From a phage, in the sequence record J02485.1: 246 nt of DNA; one strand, written 5' to 3'. The notes beneath the pieces were generated by a model. The model did not search any database. It was not told where the DNA came from and saw only the letters and a program-made list of their open reading frames with translations. This document shows, in pieces, positions 1 through 246 of this stretch (positions are counted from its first letter, which is position 1; every line of letters starts with the position of its first letter). Position numbers and translations under genes: made by a program.

Positions 1-246
1 CCATCGATCAGCTTATCTGTAGGAGTAATCCTACCAAGATAAGCAGGTCTACCGGCAAATTCGATATACAGTATATCGCCTGCAGTAGCCGTGTTCTGGC
101 ACCTACGGGGTCTTCCAGGGCACGAAGGTTGCGTCTCTACACGAGGCGTAACCTGGGACGCGGCATTATGGCGCCTAATTGTGAATAAATTATCACAATT
201 ACTCTTACGAGTGAGAGGGGGATCTGCTTTGCCCTCTCTCCTCCCA
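1..246 (-). CDS. Internal fragment of a protein-coding gene (hypothetical protein, partial at both ends). Codons occupy + coordinates 243-245, 240-242, ... 3-5. Translation 5'->3' on the minus strand: GRREGKADPPLTRKSNCDNLFTIRRHNAASQVTPRVETQPSCPGRPRRCQNTATAGDILYIEFAGRPAYLGRITPTDKLID
   Basis: Seen in sequence: (1) this is the only one of six frames with zero stop codons across the window (81 codons). (2) Strong period-3 composition in one phase throughout: 35 of 59 A residues on the + strand sit at positions divisible by 3, against 14 and 10 in the other two phases, which makes T the dominant wobble base (about 43%) in this frame. (3) Stop trinucleotides are concentrated in single off-frames: 10 of 12 on the minus strand and 7 of 9 on the plus strand. 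(4) Codon-position composition fits general coding trends (position 1 is 63% purine with T lowest at 12%; position 3 is 61% pyrimidine). Caveats: no start codon in frame, the peptide is rich in Arg, Pro and Thr, and I cannot run a homology search. Confidence 0.45.
11..44. repeat. Imperfect inverted repeat able to form a 13-bp stem (8 bp + 5 bp, with a 2-nt bulge at 35-36) and a 6-nt loop AGTAAT (24-29).
   Basis: Seen in sequence: 11-18 gcttatct pairs with 37-44 agataagc, and 19-23 gtagg pairs with 30-34 cctac. Neither strand has a U/T run after the stem, so it does not look like an intrinsic terminator. Confidence 0.4.
62..78. repeat. Perfect 17-bp palindrome CGATATAC-A-GTATATCG (8-bp arms around a single central A). 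Candidate binding site for a dimeric protein, or a hairpin-forming element.
   Basis: Seen in sequence: 62-69 is the exact reverse complement of 71-78. Symmetry ends at the 61/79 pair (t/c). No function can be assigned from sequence alone. Confidence 0.45.
176..201. repeat. Perfect 9-bp inverted repeat TAATTGTGA / TCACAATTA around an 8-bp asymmetric AT-rich spacer (ATAAATTA). Candidate protein-recognition site: either a dimeric-regulator operator or a recombinase-type core site.
   Basis: Seen in sequence: positions 176-184 are the exact reverse complement of 193-201. The symmetry stops at the next pair outward (175 c, 202 c). The element is a sharp AT-rich island, with 4 G/C in 26 bp against about 50% GC for the window. 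Function is inferred, not demonstrated. Confidence 0.5.
213..238. repeat. Homopurine/homopyrimidine inverted repeat: GAGAGGG (213-219) pairs with CCCTCTC (232-238), giving a 7-bp stem with a 12-nt loop. It sits within a 10-nt purine run (213-222) and a 14-nt pyrimidine run (232-245).
   Basis: Seen in sequence by direct base pairing. The stem is short and the loop long, so structural significance is uncertain. Confidence 0.3.

Noticed and set aside
3-9. ATCGAT palindrome (3-8) and GATC sites at 6-9 and 221-224
   Set aside because: Palindromes of 4-6 bp are expected by chance at this length and carry no specific signal.
11-44. Hairpins at 11-44 and 213-238 as Rho-independent terminators
   Set aside because: Neither stem is followed by a U/T run on either strand.
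64-73. ATATACAGTA is identical to the right half of the E. coli LexA SOS-box consensus (TACTGTATATATATACAGTA)
   Set aside because: The matching left half (CTGT at the correct spacing) is absent, and the actual symmetry axis of the local palindrome is at position 70, not where a LexA box would centre. It is a half-site resemblance only.
3-188. Plus-strand frame 3 is open from 3 to 185 with an ATG at 168-170, giving a 6-codon mini-ORF MAPNCE ending at TAA 186-188
   Set aside because: G is lowest at codon position 1 in this frame, the peptide from the ATG is only 6 aa with no convincing ribosome-binding site, and the frame ends inside the window while the periodicity continues past it.
177-200. 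CRP-like TGTGA...TCACA core and lac-operator-like AATTGTGA arms
   Set aside because: CRP sites have a 6-bp spacer between TGTGA and TCACA, and the symmetric lac operator has its AATTGTGA arms 4 bp apart; here the corresponding spacings are 8-9 bp. The element is reported as a generic dyad, not as a CRP or LacI site.
43-246. Plus-strand frame 1 is open from 43 to the window end (68 codons; AGLPANSIYSISPAVAVFWHLRGLPGHEGCVSTRGVTWDAALWRLIVNKLSQLLLRVRGGSALPSLLP)
   Set aside because: There is no ATG in this frame and a TAA at 40-42, yet the periodicity continues in the same phase upstream of that stop. Its codon-position profile is also atypical (A at position 2 only 12%, wobble 43% A, heavy TTA/CTA Leu use). 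It is kept as the main alternative to the minus-strand call, not excluded.
1-246. The window length (246) equals the size of the smallest viroids, so I considered a viroid-like or satellite circular RNA
   Set aside because: Neither strand has the hammerhead core motifs (CUGAUGA, GAAAC), I did not recognise a pospiviroid central conserved region, and the sequence shows no rod-like self-complementarity. The strong codon periodicity also argues for coding sequence.
201-246. Eukaryotic 3' splice-acceptor reading: CTTAC branch-point-like motif at 203-207 followed by a polypyrimidine tract running to the window end
   Set aside because: The AG acceptor would lie outside the window and cannot be seen. 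CpG is not depleted and coding periodicity runs straight through the tract, so an intron is not supported.
1-246. tRNA, rRNA, CRISPR repeats or direct repeats (iterons)
   Set aside because: I saw no T-loop-like GTTCRA motif in a cloverleaf context, no rRNA signature I recognise, and no direct repeat longer than 5-6 bp. Short recurring CTAC-containing hexamers were judged consistent with chance.

Overview
This 246-bp window (about 50% GC by hand count, CpG not depleted) most likely lies inside a protein-coding gene on the minus strand, with no start or stop in view. The evidence is a strong three-base periodicity in phase across the whole window, plus one reading frame with no stop codons at all. 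The translation does not match any family I recognise, so no product or gene symbol is assigned. Superimposed on this are three dyad-symmetric elements that are unusually strong for so short a stretch: a 13-bp interrupted hairpin (11-44), a perfect 17-bp palindrome (62-78), and a perfect 9-bp inverted repeat around an 8-bp AT-rich spacer (176-201). I found no rRNA, tRNA, CRISPR array, ribozyme core or intrinsic terminator. The window is too short to establish any multi-gene system; the embedded dyads, especially 176-201, are the part worth following up.
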